Positions 1-10,604 of a DNA stretch of 64,000 nucleotides are shown here, piece by piece. The notes beneath the pieces were generated by a model. The model made no database searches. It was not told where the DNA came from and saw only the letters and a list, made by a program, of their open reading frames with translations. Made by a program: the position numbers and the translations under genes. The DNA is taken from assembly GCA_041666325.1 (NCBI GenBank), contig JBAYHC010000003.1:31102-95101 (forward strand), written 5' to 3'. The DNA comes from Patescibacteria group bacterium. Its GTDB lineage: Bacteria > Patescibacteriota > UBA1384 > XYA2-FULL-43-10 > 1-14-0-10-43-13. Numbering within the stretch: the stretch's first letter is position 1; every line of letters starts with the position of its first letter.

Positions 1-328
1 TTGTGCTTGCGGATAACTCCTTGCCGAAGTCAGAGCCGGTATCACCCGCACTATTATCTGCCATCGCAACGGGGCTCTCACTGCCATCACTTTCAATCGA
101 CTTAATAGCCGACTCAACCGGTGCTTCTTTATCTAAGCCGGCACCCGAGTCGCTATTCATTCTTGACCTCGTGGCCTCAAGAATGTTTCGTTGCTTTTCC
201 AATGATTCCTTTTCTTGCTTCACATTGGGCGGCAAAAACCTATATCCAGCGATTTGCTTGAGCCTGTCGTCAATGGTCCTCAATTTCTCATCGAGATCTT
301 GAAGCAGCTGCTTATTGTCATCGGACAT
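1..328 (-). CDS. Hypothetical protein, 3' end outside window (MSDDNKQLLQDLDEKLRTIDDRLKQ...)
   Basis: ATG at 328 with GGAGGG RBS upstream; frame open to window edge; coiled-coil-like N-terminus. Not in the ORF track because it runs off the edge. Confidence 0.7.
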   Translation of the reverse strand, partial: MSDDNKQLLQDLDEKLRTIDDRLKQIAGYRFLPPNVKQEKESLEKQRNILEATRSRMNSDSGAGLDKEAPVESAIKSIESDGSESPVAMADNSAGDTGSDFGKELSAST

Positions 329-401
329 TTTTCCCTCCATTTGAGAACACAAAAATCTTAATTAATTATAACCCGAATTTATTTTGTTAGCAAGGAAACT
401 T

Positions 402-3400
402 TTACACACCCGTACCTTCCTCGCCCTGCTCTTCTTTGGCAATAACAAAGTCCCTTACTTCAATAGTAACGCTAGATAAACCACCCCTACTGTTCGGATT
501 AACGCCAACAACCTTAGCCTGACAAATACGGTTGTGGCCGCGATCTTCAAGATCTTCTGCGAGCTCTTGATTTGACATCTCTACGGCAAATTCACGATCA
601 CTCTCCATGTGCACAATAAACCACTTAGCAGCACCCTTGATTGTGCGCTTCTTGATAATTGCCGGGAAATAATCCTGACCGACTAACTCCGTCGCAAAAA
701 TGATGTCCGGTTTGTCCCTGCTTTCTCCCTCGTCCGCTTCACGCTTGAGATCAACGTTTCCTTGAGCGCCAGGATCGGCCGGCTTGCTCTCCTCGATGAA
801 CCATTCAAAGCTTCCACTTGTTACCAAGTCGCCAATCACAACTTCGTCGCTATAGACCTTTCCTGGGCGCTCAAAGCTATCATCAACCACTATTCTTCGT
901 ATTTTGCTGGAATCAATACCGATCACCTCCCAGTTAAAACCGGTTTTTTCGCTTCTGATAATAACGCGAGGATTCCTTGCGTTTTCAAGCGCAATTCTGA
1001 CTGCCTCGACAAAGTCCTTCTTGCTGCCCCGTGTCAAGGTCCCCTTACTCATGAAGCCTTCCGGCGTCTCGAAGGCCAACTCGATCGATAAAGATTCAAC
1101 GGAACCGGGAACATCACCGGCACTAGTATCTGTGATTCTGACATCGATTGTCTCGTCAGCCTGGAACGCCCCCGACAACCGTTCGGCCAAAGTATCATTT
1201 CGGCGTAAATATTCCTCGTTCATGCAGAATTCTCTGCTGCCAATCTGAATGCCCGCGACAATATCAGAACCGCGTTCGATAGCGATCGGCTTGACAGTTA
1301 TCTTTCCACCAGAAAGATGATCAATAAATTCAGCATCAGTGGTGCCCGGATCGCTCGAATCGAGAACAACTCCGACTGACTCTACATTCCATCGCTCCAA
1401 CGATTCTTTCCCGCGATTAACTTTGACTATTCTGATATTGTATTCTTTGCCGATCTCAAAACTCTCAACCAATTCCTTTTGCGGTTCATAATCGGAATCG
1501 AGGTCAAACTCTCTTGTTTGCTCGTCATAGTCAAAAGAGATAGTTTTTCCGCCATCGACAGAACTTGGCATCACGCGTACGCTGATTGTCTCGCCACTCT
1601 GAAGCAGACGCGAAGCAACTTTGAAATCTCTTTCGGAGTATTCCTCTTTTTCATAGTACCAGAAATAGCCTTCTGCCGCATCCTCCAATTTATCAACTGC
1701 AACGAGGACTTCGGCAGCGTTTGGCTGGAGCGCGTCATCAACCGGATAGAGAGAAGCTTCACGACGATCAGCGGCCACAAAACTAACCAGATAAATCTGA
1801 CCTTCGTGCTCAACATAGATACCATGAGGTGTCCCGCCCAGATTTTCGTTTGAGTTTTCAATAAAAATATTGAGGTCATCCGCAACCGCACCCCTAAAGT
1901 CGAGGCCCTTGCTCTCAAGCTCGACTCTCTTTTCGGGCCCTGTCGGCGTCGGGTCACCCGACTCCTTGCGGTGTCCTAGATACCAGGTGCTCCTGCCATG
2001 AGGGGCAATAAGCAACTTCATGTCATCACTCTCCCGCTCCTCGGTCATAGACAGATCATTATCAACCAGACGATATCTAAATCCATTAGGACGGCCATCT
2101 CGACTCCTGGTAATCACTGTAACAAGCGCCTTAATCCCCTCGCGCTCAGCTAATACCGGCTCATCGGCGCCAACAGTAAATCGATCAACTGCATCAAGGA
2201 AGTCAAATAATCCCCTGCCGGCAATCGGCCCCTTGTCCTCAAAATTATATCCGGACAGATCAATTTTCCTTTCGGCCCCTGTCTCATTAATTTCAACATT
2301 GACCCGATATAATTGACCGGCGTTGTCTCTGTCCTCTAATGCTTCTGTGATTTTGATCTTAAAGGTCTTGTTCTCGTACTTGTCTCTTTTGCCCCTGAAG
2401 CGAATTCTCTCACCACTCTCGTTGGTAGCAGCATTGATAACGAATGTATGGCGCGCACCTTCGTGTTCGACAACAGCAGCCGGATAGCCCCCTAAATCGA
2501 TAATCATTGCCTCGATCGTGTCCCCGGCGCCAGCCATCTCCCTGGCTACCCTGAGATCCTCCGAGATGCCCGGCTCAATTTCATCGCCTACCTCGACATT
2601 TACTCTAAACAATTGTCCGGGATGGTCGCGATCCTCCAGCGCATCCGTTATCCTGATGTTAAAACGTTTGTTTTCAAACTTAGCTCTCTCGCCCTTGACA
2701 TGGATTCCCTCACCCTTGCTATTGGTGGCGGCGTTGACAATGAAGACGTGTGTCTTGCCGCTGGCCAATCTGAATTCGATCGCCGGCTCACCGGCACTGT
2801 CAATTATTTTTGCGTGAATCACCTCGTTAGCAGAGGCTAAGTCCCTGGCGATTCTTAGTTCATCTGAAATAGTCGGTCCGGCCTCAGTTTCGGCCCCGAT
2901 TTCAACATCAACCCTAAACAGCTTACCTGGCTCCTTGTCGCTTTCAATCGCTTCTAAAATCTTCACTTTGAATGTTTTATTCTCAAACTCATTGCGGCGA
3001 GTCTTGAGAGGAATCCCCCTCCCATCTTTGTCTCTGGCACTATTAATGACAAAGACAAAATCTTTGCCATGATGACTAAGTTCAATTGCCGGCTCACCAT
3101 CACTATCTATTACCTTGGCACCAACAACATCGCCACTCTCCTTGAGCTCTGAGGCAGCATCAAGCCCTGTTGAAAACATTACAAATCTTATGTCAACACC
3201 GAGAAGTGTTCCTGGCCTATCGATATTACCCATTGCCCTTGTTATGCGAAAAGGCTTCTTGCCGGGGCTAGACTTATCTTCGTCTAATTCAACATTTTCT
3301 CCAGAGGCAAGAACAAGAGCATTAACAGGCAAACGGAATTCGGCGCCATCGTATTCGACCACAAGCACGGCTTTGTGCTTAGATTCAAATACCATCTCAG

Positions 3401-6011
3401 CCAATATTGTTTTGCCAGCGTCCCTAAGCTGCTGTGCTGCGGCAAGCATCTTCGCATCCGTTTCCGAAACAACTTCGGCTTCTTGGCCCAAATACCAATG
3501 GTAGCCAACTAATTCAGAGTGTACAGCACTTCTTCGATTCACTCCTGGTCCCTCAATCGGAGCAAGATCTTCACCCAACCTCTTGATAGCATAAGAAACT
3601 TCTTCAAAGGCAATATCGTCATCTTCCTCTGCACTGTAGGCCTTAGTTTTTCGTGTGCTTTCTGATATCAGATCGCCTCTTGAGTTGTGCATAGGAATGA
3701 ATTCCCACCAACCCTCAGTCAAACGAATGATTATACGTCGCCCCTGCCTCATTTCTCCAAGCGCTTCCTGAAAACGAGGGTCTTTCTTTGACTTTCTGTC
3801 AGACTCATCATAAGAAATAGGACTAAATGATCCCATATCTGTGAAGCCCTCTGGGGTCTCAACTTCAATCGCCTTCCCCTTCTTCGTCTCTGTCTTTGGC
3901 TCTTCTGGGTGATACTCTGTGATTACGGCTAGCAGTTCATCGCCTCCAATCTCTTGTCCCTCGAGCATCAACTGTTCAATTTTTTCGTTTGACGTCAGAT
4001 CGTCAGCGCCAACGATTTCCTTCCTTCTACCTTCATTAATATTATCAAGAGACTCGTTAACCAAAACAATCCGTTCATTCTGATTTAGAACCCCAAATGA
4101 AGAATTCCAACCTTCCCCTGAATCACTCTTCTCTGCAACCAGAACATCACTTCGATCAGGCAAGTAGAGATAGCTTTTATCATTGTTAAATTTGAAGGCG
4201 AAGAATCGTCCGCCATGGAGGGTGATCACCATTGTCCAACTGACAGAGGCATCTAATCCCTCCGGTTTTAGGATGCTATTTTGAAAATCAAAGCAGAGAG
4301 ATCTCAGTGTCTCCCACATCTTCTTCTCATTGATGGTTGACAAGCTGTCATAGGCACCGGCAAGATCTTGAGCAATCTCCTGCAAACGATCCTGGGTCAA
4401 GCCAAGGTGTTCCGCGTGAGAATTAACGGCAATTAATATTTGCTGGTTCCCTCTCACCTGCTCAAACAAGAATGCGGACTGCCCTTCTTTGCCCCGTTCT
4501 TGTCGTCTCTCCCCTGTCGTGTCATAGGGATCAATCCTCTCTTCTCGTCTCTCTGACTCGTATTCTGCCGCATCTTCTTTGTCTCCTGCAGCTTCAACTG
4601 GAGAGGGTTCGCCCTCTGACTTCGGGGACGGTGTCGGAGCGCCCTCAGGTTCAGGACCTGGTGTCGGCGGTGTAGGTGTTGACTGTCCTTCTAGCGCTGA
4701 AGCCTCCTGTGCTTGCGGCGTTCCCTCCACTCTCTCCCCTCTACCTTCTACCCTCCCCCTTCCACCCTCTACTGTTCCAGTTGGCACATTTCCCGAAACA
4801 CCAAACTCTTTCTTTTTGCCGAAGAAATGGGAGGCACTCTCGCCCAGCAAATAAGCAAAAACTCCGCCAAGTTTTAGTTTCTCGGCAGTGCCAAGCCCAG
4901 CCAATAAGGCTTTTGGCATGCGCGCATCCAGGAGGTGACCCGCCTGTCCGTATAGGCTCTTTAAGCTCTCTCCGTCAAGCGTGTTGAATGTGCCACTCTT
5001 TCCTATTTCATTGACACGTTTGATTACGCCTTGGAGCCATTTGAGTTCATCCTGACCATTGGGCATCTGGTCGTAAGCAAACTGCCCCTTGTCCTTGAGA
5101 TTCCAAAAAACTCGATGAGTGTCAGACATCACAGGATTGTTGGGGTCAATTTTGGCAAAGGCCGTGGCTAGATCAGTGTTATTCTGGTCGTAGTTTGAGG
5201 GACCAAGCGGTACACCGGCAAATATTCCGGTCGCAAAAGTAAGCACCGAGGTTGCAACGGAGCGAATTTTTTTGAATCTCTCCTCCCCTGTCTTACCATA
5301 AACATTTTCCGTAATTTGCTCTACTGCCTGTCTTTCTGCTTGCGAAATTTCTAATTGATAACGAGAAAACTTCTCCTCGGTAAGAGTCCCGTCTAACGCT
5401 TCTTGCCTCATGCGAGTAACAACCTCGCCAACAGCTTGCTGCTTCGCGACCTCAGCCGCCGCTCTGTTCTTGCCCCAACCAAAGTGTTCTGCAGCTTGCA
5501 ATAGACCGTCATAGCCCTCTTTCAGACCAACGCCCCAGACAAGCGGAGTAAACACTCCTACACCGGAAAACACTGCCGTGGCGGCAGCGCCAAATCCGCC
5601 AAAAACTTTGGCGCCGATCTTGAGAGCTTTCTTCCAGTCGCCATTCTCGGTATAGATTCCGGCCTTGCGAAGATCGTCATCAATGTTTTCAGAAGGCTCT
5701 CTGGAGCTCCATTTGCCGGCCTGGTCGAACCAGGCACGAATCCGGCCATAGCTCTTGGAAATAGAATCGTCCGACTTATCAAGTCTCGCACCAAAACCAC
5801 CTAGTCCCACCCTTTTGCATACACGAGAAAGCAAAGAGAAGGGCTTGAGTCCCCCGTAGCGCTCGATCGCCCTATCTTGGTCTGTCCGGGCTAGATTGTT
5901 GATCCGTTCGAGAACACGAACCTTGATGTCGCTTCGCTCAACATTCTCGGTCTCTCGCTCTGGCTGAGCCGGAGTGCTTGCAACTTCGCTGGCAACATCT
6001 TCCCTCGCCAT
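402..6011 (-). CDS. Giant multidomain orphan (~1870 aa): Gly-rich hydrophobic segments, Pro-rich linker, degenerate PP2C-like domain, two kinds of ~95-125 aa internal repeats
   Basis: 1879-aa ORF; likely start MAREDV at 6011 after GGAGAG; repeats visible in translation (e.g. FVINSAR/FIVNAAT/FVINAAT; LFRVDVEI/LFRVNVEV/LYRVNVEI). Confidence 0.85.
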   Translation of the reverse strand: MAREDVASEVASTPAQPERETENVERSDIKVRVLERINNLARTDQDRAIERYGGLKPFSLLSRVCKRVGLGGFGARLDKSDDSISKSYGRIRAWFDQAGKWSSREPSENIDDDLRKAGIYTENGDWKKALKIGAKVFGGFGAAATAVFSGVGVFTPLVWGVGLKEGYDGLLQAAEHFGWGKNRAAAEVAKQQAVGEVVTRMRQEALDGTLTEEKFSRYQLEISQAERQAVEQITENVYGKTGEERFKKIRSVATSVLTFATGIFAGVPLGPSNYDQNNTDLATAFAKIDPNNPVMSDTHRVFWNLKDKGQFAYDQMPNGQDELKWLQGVIKRVNEIGKSGTFNTLDGESLKSLYGQAGHLLDARMPKALLAGLGTAEKLKLGGVFAYLLGESASHFFGKKKEFGVSGNVPTGTVEGGRGRVEGRGERVEGTPQAQEASALEGQSTPTPPTPGPEPEGAPTPSPKSEGEPSPVEAAGDKEDAAEYESERREERIDPYDTTGERRQERGKEGQSAFLFEQVRGNQQILIAVNSHAEHLGLTQDRLQEIAQDLAGAYDSLSTINEKKMWETLRSLCFDFQNSILKPEGLDASVSWTMVITLHGGRFFAFKFNNDKSYLYLPDRSDVLVAEKSDSGEGWNSSFGVLNQNERIVLVNESLDNINEGRRKEIVGADDLTSNEKIEQLMLEGQEIGGDELLAVITEYHPEEPKTETKKGKAIEVETPEGFTDMGSFSPISYDESDRKSKKDPRFQEALGEMRQGRRIIIRLTEGWWEFIPMHNSRGDLISESTRKTKAYSAEEDDDIAFEEVSYAIKRLGEDLAPIEGPGVNRRSAVHSELVGYHWYLGQEAEVVSETDAKMLAAAQQLRDAGKTILAEMVFESKHKAVLVVEYDGAEFRLPVNALVLASGENVELDEDKSSPGKKPFRITRAMGNIDRPGTLLGVDIRFVMFSTGLDAASELKESGDVVGAKVIDSDGEPAIELSHHGKDFVFVINSARDKDGRGIPLKTRRNEFENKTFKVKILEAIESDKEPGKLFRVDVEIGAETEAGPTISDELRIARDLASANEVIHAKIIDSAGEPAIEFRLASGKTHVFIVNAATNSKGEGIHVKGERAKFENKRFNIRITDALEDRDHPGQLFRVNVEVGDEIEPGISEDLRVAREMAGAGDTIEAMIIDLGGYPAAVVEHEGARHTFVINAATNESGERIRFRGKRDKYENKTFKIKITEALEDRDNAGQLYRVNVEINETGAERKIDLSGYNFEDKGPIAGRGLFDFLDAVDRFTVGADEPVLAEREGIKALVTVITRSRDGRPNGFRYRLVDNDLSMTEERESDDMKLLIAPHGRSTWYLGHRKESGDPTPTGPEKRVELESKGLDFRGAVADDLNIFIENSNENLGGTPHGIYVEHEGQIYLVSFVAADRREASLYPVDDALQPNAAEVLVAVDKLEDAAEGYFWYYEKEEYSERDFKVASRLLQSGETISVRVMPSSVDGGKTISFDYDEQTREFDLDSDYEPQKELVESFEIGKEYNIRIVKVNRGKESLERWNVESVGVVLDSSDPGTTDAEFIDHLSGGKITVKPIAIERGSDIVAGIQIGSREFCMNEEYLRRNDTLAERLSGAFQADETIDVRITDTSAGDVPGSVESLSIELAFETPEGFMSKGTLTRGSKKDFVEAVRIALENARNPRVIIRSEKTGFNWEVIGIDSSKIRRIVVDDSFERPGKVYSDEVVIGDLVTSGSFEWFIEESKPADPGAQGNVDLKREADEGESRDKPDIIFATELVGQDYFPAIIKKRTIKGAAKWFIVHMESDREFAVEMSNQELAEDLEDRGHNRICQAKVVGVNPNSRGGLSSVTIEVRDFVIAKEEQGEEGTGV

Positions 6012-6095
6012 CTCTCCATTTTGTATGCTTGTTAAACTCAACTTGTCCCTCCAAAATAGCTAGTAAGCCCCACCAGGGGGCCCTCTGTGGGGGCG

Positions 6096-6178
6096 TGTAA
6101 GCGCGTAAGCAGTAAGCTTAAAGCATCGAAATATCCTCGAATTGCTTATTAGCCTACTCGCCTACTTGCTTATTAGCT
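6096..6178. repeat. Imperfect palindrome of short GTAAGC / GC(T/C)TA(C/T) tandem units
   Basis: gtaagcgcgtaagcagtaagc ... gcttattagcctactcgcctacttgcttattagc. Confidence 0.6.
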
Positions 6179-6508
6179 TTGTTTGTACCCCATCACCTCT
6201 GCCTTGAGACGCAAGGCCTCATCTGCAGCCAATGCGTCCACCTGAATTTCGTGAGAAACAAGAAATTCGACCACTTCTTCATCGGCAGTGTTGACACCGC
6301 CAAGAAGTGATTTAAATTTCTCGAACTCCCCTGTTTCCTCGAGAATGTCAGCAATTCGAAGCATAACCCGACTTCGTAAAGATATAACGAGGTTTTGGAT
6401 CATCGCCTCCTTCTCCTCTGGTGTCAGTGAGTTTAGCTCAAGATAATCAAAAATATCACTTTCTATCAGCTCTTTGATGCTAAGATCTATCGCGCCTGCT
6501 GTCATCAT
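6173..6508 (-). CDS. Small acidic helical protein, DUF5663-like
   Basis: 111 aa, GGAGGG RBS; pattern LELNSLTPEEKEAMIQNL...RVMLRIADIL resembles small Patescibacteria DUF5663-type proteins (recognition by eye). Confidence 0.7.
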   Translation of the reverse strand: MMTAGAIDLSIKELIESDIFDYLELNSLTPEEKEAMIQNLVISLRSRVMLRIADILEETGEFEKFKSLLGGVNTADEEVVEFLVSHEIQVDALAADEALRLKAEVMGYKQS

Positions 6509-6527
6509 CCCTCCATAATTCTTCGAT

Positions 6528-9500
6528 CTAACCCAATATTCTTTCCACCTCTCGCATCACTCTCTCCGGTTCAATATCTGATGCGCCAACACCTTCGTCC
6601 GTATAATAGCTATTCGGAGTGCGCCAAGCCGGATCATAGGTTCCACGGCTTTCCCTATATGCATCGCGAGCCTTCTCGTGCATTACTCGATGAGTGCGTG
6701 CGGTCGACCACTGAACAGGGTTACCTAGAATAATCATGATGTTAGGTGTCCCGAATGCACCAGCGAGATGTCCCAAGCCAGTATCTGGTGTTATCGATAG
6801 GTCAGCCATCTCCATAATCACTGGCATGTTATTTAGCGGCTCTTTTGCCCTAACAATACGATGACCGCCACTACGTAAACGATCAACCATCTCACCATAT
6901 CGTTGTGATTTCTGTGGATCTGGATCATCGATGAACAATATCTGCGCATCGGGATATTTGGCCTTTATCTGCTCCAAAACCTCTGCCCATCTTTCCGGTC
7001 TATACTCTTTTGGCATAACAGATGATCCCGCCGAGATAACTATAAGTTTCCTAGAGCGCTCAAGCCCATACCGATCACGAATCTCGTCGGCACGGGCATC
7101 GAAATCAGCGCCCTTTTCCATGAAATGGTTCTCTGCATTGATATTGTCAACCAGCTTTCGGCCAAGCATAATTTCAAAGTTACGCATAATGCGCGCTGGA
7201 ATAGGATCATATTTGACCGCTCTTTGCTCGTTCTCTGGTGATTCTTCCATCTGCCATGTGTTCCAATCCACAGACATAACACGAGACAAGTCGTTAGCAT
7301 CATTACCGGAAAGCCCAAAGACAGAATAATCTTCAAAATTTTTATGAGCATTAATTATAAACCGTTCTTTGTTGTCCCTGAAGGCACTACCGATTTCCTT
7401 ATAGTCTACTATCTCTACAAGCCCTGGATACTGATCATTGACAGATCGAAACAATCCAGGTTGCGTGGTCACAAGTTTGATAGGTTTGCGATGACCAGTT
7501 TGGTCATAATATCGTTTTATAACCTCGAGAATCGGGACTGTCAGAATTGCATCACCCAACGGATAGTCGAAGATGACAACCACTTCATCTGCTCGCTCCA
7601 AGCCCTTTATTAGTGGTGAATGCTCATAAAACTCTGGTTCGTACGGGGCATCACCAACGGCCGATTCCTCAAGCAAAATATTTTCCGCTTGATAATATGC
7701 ACGGTTCATCTCGCGATTGACATACTCATCAATGCCAATATACTTCTCGGTATTGTCGCCAAACCGACGCTTGTTGTGGCGCTCAAGCTCCCGCTTATAA
7801 TGCTCTTGCCGAACAGGATCAAGCCTGTTAAAATTCTTGAGTTCATTGAGACGAACGCGCAAAAACTCATACTTCGGCGGCAATTTTGCCACCAGCTTCT
7901 CTGCTTGATCAGCTGAGTTACGATACCTTGAAATTTCAGTAAAATGCTTCTTGAGACGATCACTGCCATGCTCAGCAGAATAATCTGGAACATGCGGCAA
8001 AGGTTCTGGCGACGGTCCGTGTTCAATCGGTTCGAGTGGGGCGCGACCGATAATTGGCGGCATAAATGGAACATCAACCTGTGAATCTGGTGTTGGCAAG
8101 CTCCAAATCTTGTTGTGCTCCTGTGTCACAACCGGAACCTTGTCGACAATCGTGCTATTGCCGACTCCCGGACCTTCATATGTTGCCAGGATGCGGAAAT
8201 TCTCGCAGCCATCTTTACCCTCGCCAAAAGTTTGCGCCGCCTCGCAGAAGCGGAAATTGGGTACCGGATGGCCATCTTGCAGCATCATCTTGCCGCTGGC
8301 GTCAAATTTAAACAGAACCTTTATCAGAGGATTGTCTTTATCAATAATCGCATTGCCGCGACCGTCTACCGGTACATCATAACAAAACTTCTGGGTCTCC
8401 CTCGACATTGAGAAAAGCATCTTCATGCGATTACCAGATATCAAGCGCTGAGCGTTAGTCGAGAGACTGTCATGATAAGATCCACGTGGAGTCATATGAG
8501 AAACATTGAACACGACATTGCCCTTAGGATCAACGCCATTGCTTCCGCCCCACCACAGCTTAAGTTCATTTTTGTCATAAAGCCCCGGGGTGTTGTTGTC
8601 GTACCACAAGCGGCGATGAATACGATCAAAATATTGCTTGTATTTATCTAATATCTCGCCGGCGCCAACCTTTCTGGTCCTGTCAACCATGGTGGTGATG
8701 GGGGTTTTCCGCTCTTCGACATAGACTCCGCTATCTTTGAGTATTCCTCTCGCTTGCGATGTCAGGTCGCCATTCGCATCAAAAGTTAGGCCTTTTACTG
8801 CCGGGACTGGCTCACCATCCTCAATCTTGACGATGTCATATGTGCCATCAGGGTTCTTGGCGCTAAAATCAAAACCCTTGGGCAAAGTGTGCTTGTGGCC
8901 GAGGAGGTTGACTATTGTCTTTTCATCGCCGGGTGCGGCCTGCGCCTCCTTGCCTATTGCCAGCCAACGATTAAGCTGCTGCAACAGTGTGTGCTTTGGC
9001 TGCTCGCCAAAGGGTACATTGTCCTTGCGGCCAACCCAAGATTCGACTCCTCCCTGAAGTTTGTCATCGAAGAAAGCCCTGACCTCCTGTGCCACCATGC
9101 CAACCCCGACACCAATTGCCAGACCTTTGATGCCGGCCTTCCAGGCCCGGGCACGTTTGAACTTCCGAAATTCTTCATTTTTCTGACGGGTGCCGTCAAC
9201 CATTTGCTCCATTTGGGTCTCTCGAAGCGAGCCAAAGAAATCATCGAAGCTGCGGTTATCGGGAATCATTCCTGCCTGCTCCGCGGCGCTGCGCAGAGCG
9301 CTCTTGGCTTGGTAACGAATCTTGGCAAGCTCGCAACGCTCTCGCTCAACCTTCCTCACATCGGAGTATGTCAGCAAGTCAATTTTGTCTCTATCAGATA
9401 TAGTAACACGCGCCTCAATCTCAGCCAGTTGTGCCATCGCCGACTGGAACTGCTCCGGCGTCAGCTCGCGGGGTTCGCCGACTCTGCCTCCTTCGTAGAC

Positions 9501-10595
9501 TGCATCACGGATTCCACTCATCAGCTCTTGAGTGCTCTTGGTTTCGTATCTATATCCCTCCATCTCGACGCGGCGTGGCGAACGATCGGGATCCCATTTT
9601 TTGTTCTTAGCCATATCGCGAAAGTGTTTCTTGCGCTCTTCCTCCGTCCGCTTGGCCTCGGCCATCGCGCCAAAGGCAGCCCCGGCGATAGCGCCACCAA
9701 CGAAGGCACCTGTAGCATAGGCGGCCTTCCTGGCAACTGACTGAGAGAGCTTGGTGCCAACACAATAAGCGAGCGCAACAGCAGAAGCAAGCGTAGTCTC
9801 ATTAACCCATTTGCCAACAGGATTGCGATGGATTCGCTCGACGACGCGGTCGACGGCATTGAATTGTGCTTCGGTGCGCACACCTTCTTTGGCCTTACCA
9901 ACATAGACATCAAATTGCAAGTTAAGCCGCTCAAAGGCAGAATCCTTGTTCTCTTCGCGCTCGATCTTAGTCCTGATCTTATTTGCGACCAACCAAAGAT
10001 TGTCGGCGTACATATCACCGCGCTCGATCACGCCCGGCCTGGCACCCTTGAGAGTTGTGAATAACCTGGCCTTTTCTTGGTCGAAGGTTTCCTTGTCTGG
10101 TAATTCTCCGGTGGCATAATCCTTGATCAACTGGCGTATCTGGTCCTTGATACCGCCGACTTGTTCTCTTTCTTCCGGGTTCTGCTCCTGCGTCTCGTCC
10201 AAAAGCTCGCGCACCTCGCCTGCTTCACGATGTATTGCTTCATCAAATTCTTGTGTAAAACGATCAGCCACCGCTTCCATAGCCTGATCATGGGCTGTCT
10301 TGTCGCCAGACTCATTGGCATATAGATTGCCCGACTCCATAATGTTCTGTCGAGCCTTTCGCACCTCTTTGTCTCGGTAGTATTCTCGAAGCCAATTGTG
10401 CTTCCAGACCGCACGCAGCTTGCCTCTAAACCCCCGGGTATCCTCCGGCTTCGCTGTTAGTTTCTCCTCGCCAGTATCAACGGCATGACTTTCGATAGAA
10501 TCAGAGACATCAACGATTGAGATCTTCTCGACTTGGCGACCATTCTCGGCGGCATCAATTTGATCGGGAGTTGGTTGGTTTCCGCTTTCTGGCAT
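6528..10595 (-). CDS. Giant protein (1355 aa) with C-terminal glycosyltransferase family 9 (heptosyltransferase-like) domain
   Basis: GT9 motifs IFDYPLGDAILTVPILEVIK and ADLSITPDTGLGHLAGAFGTPNIMI in the last ~350 aa; N-terminal coiled coils and Gly-rich hydrophobic segments. Confidence 0.85.
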   Translation of the reverse strand: MPESGNQPTPDQIDAAENGRQVEKISIVDVSDSIESHAVDTGEEKLTAKPEDTRGFRGKLRAVWKHNWLREYYRDKEVRKARQNIMESGNLYANESGDKTAHDQAMEAVADRFTQEFDEAIHREAGEVRELLDETQEQNPEEREQVGGIKDQIRQLIKDYATGELPDKETFDQEKARLFTTLKGARPGVIERGDMYADNLWLVANKIRTKIEREENKDSAFERLNLQFDVYVGKAKEGVRTEAQFNAVDRVVERIHRNPVGKWVNETTLASAVALAYCVGTKLSQSVARKAAYATGAFVGGAIAGAAFGAMAEAKRTEEERKKHFRDMAKNKKWDPDRSPRRVEMEGYRYETKSTQELMSGIRDAVYEGGRVGEPRELTPEQFQSAMAQLAEIEARVTISDRDKIDLLTYSDVRKVERERCELAKIRYQAKSALRSAAEQAGMIPDNRSFDDFFGSLRETQMEQMVDGTRQKNEEFRKFKRARAWKAGIKGLAIGVGVGMVAQEVRAFFDDKLQGGVESWVGRKDNVPFGEQPKHTLLQQLNRWLAIGKEAQAAPGDEKTIVNLLGHKHTLPKGFDFSAKNPDGTYDIVKIEDGEPVPAVKGLTFDANGDLTSQARGILKDSGVYVEERKTPITTMVDRTRKVGAGEILDKYKQYFDRIHRRLWYDNNTPGLYDKNELKLWWGGSNGVDPKGNVVFNVSHMTPRGSYHDSLSTNAQRLISGNRMKMLFSMSRETQKFCYDVPVDGRGNAIIDKDNPLIKVLFKFDASGKMMLQDGHPVPNFRFCEAAQTFGEGKDGCENFRILATYEGPGVGNSTIVDKVPVVTQEHNKIWSLPTPDSQVDVPFMPPIIGRAPLEPIEHGPSPEPLPHVPDYSAEHGSDRLKKHFTEISRYRNSADQAEKLVAKLPPKYEFLRVRLNELKNFNRLDPVRQEHYKRELERHNKRRFGDNTEKYIGIDEYVNREMNRAYYQAENILLEESAVGDAPYEPEFYEHSPLIKGLERADEVVVIFDYPLGDAILTVPILEVIKRYYDQTGHRKPIKLVTTQPGLFRSVNDQYPGLVEIVDYKEIGSAFRDNKERFIINAHKNFEDYSVFGLSGNDANDLSRVMSVDWNTWQMEESPENEQRAVKYDPIPARIMRNFEIMLGRKLVDNINAENHFMEKGADFDARADEIRDRYGLERSRKLIVISAGSSVMPKEYRPERWAEVLEQIKAKYPDAQILFIDDPDPQKSQRYGEMVDRLRSGGHRIVRAKEPLNNMPVIMEMADLSITPDTGLGHLAGAFGTPNIMIILGNPVQWSTARTHRVMHEKARDAYRESRGTYDPAWRTPNSYYTDEGVGASDIEPERVMREVERILG

Positions 10596-10604
10596 ATTAC
10601 CCCC

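Noticed and set aside
8889-9740. 283-aa plus-strand ORF
   Set aside because: Lies wholly antisense to the 1355-aa gene; no RBS or recognisable motif
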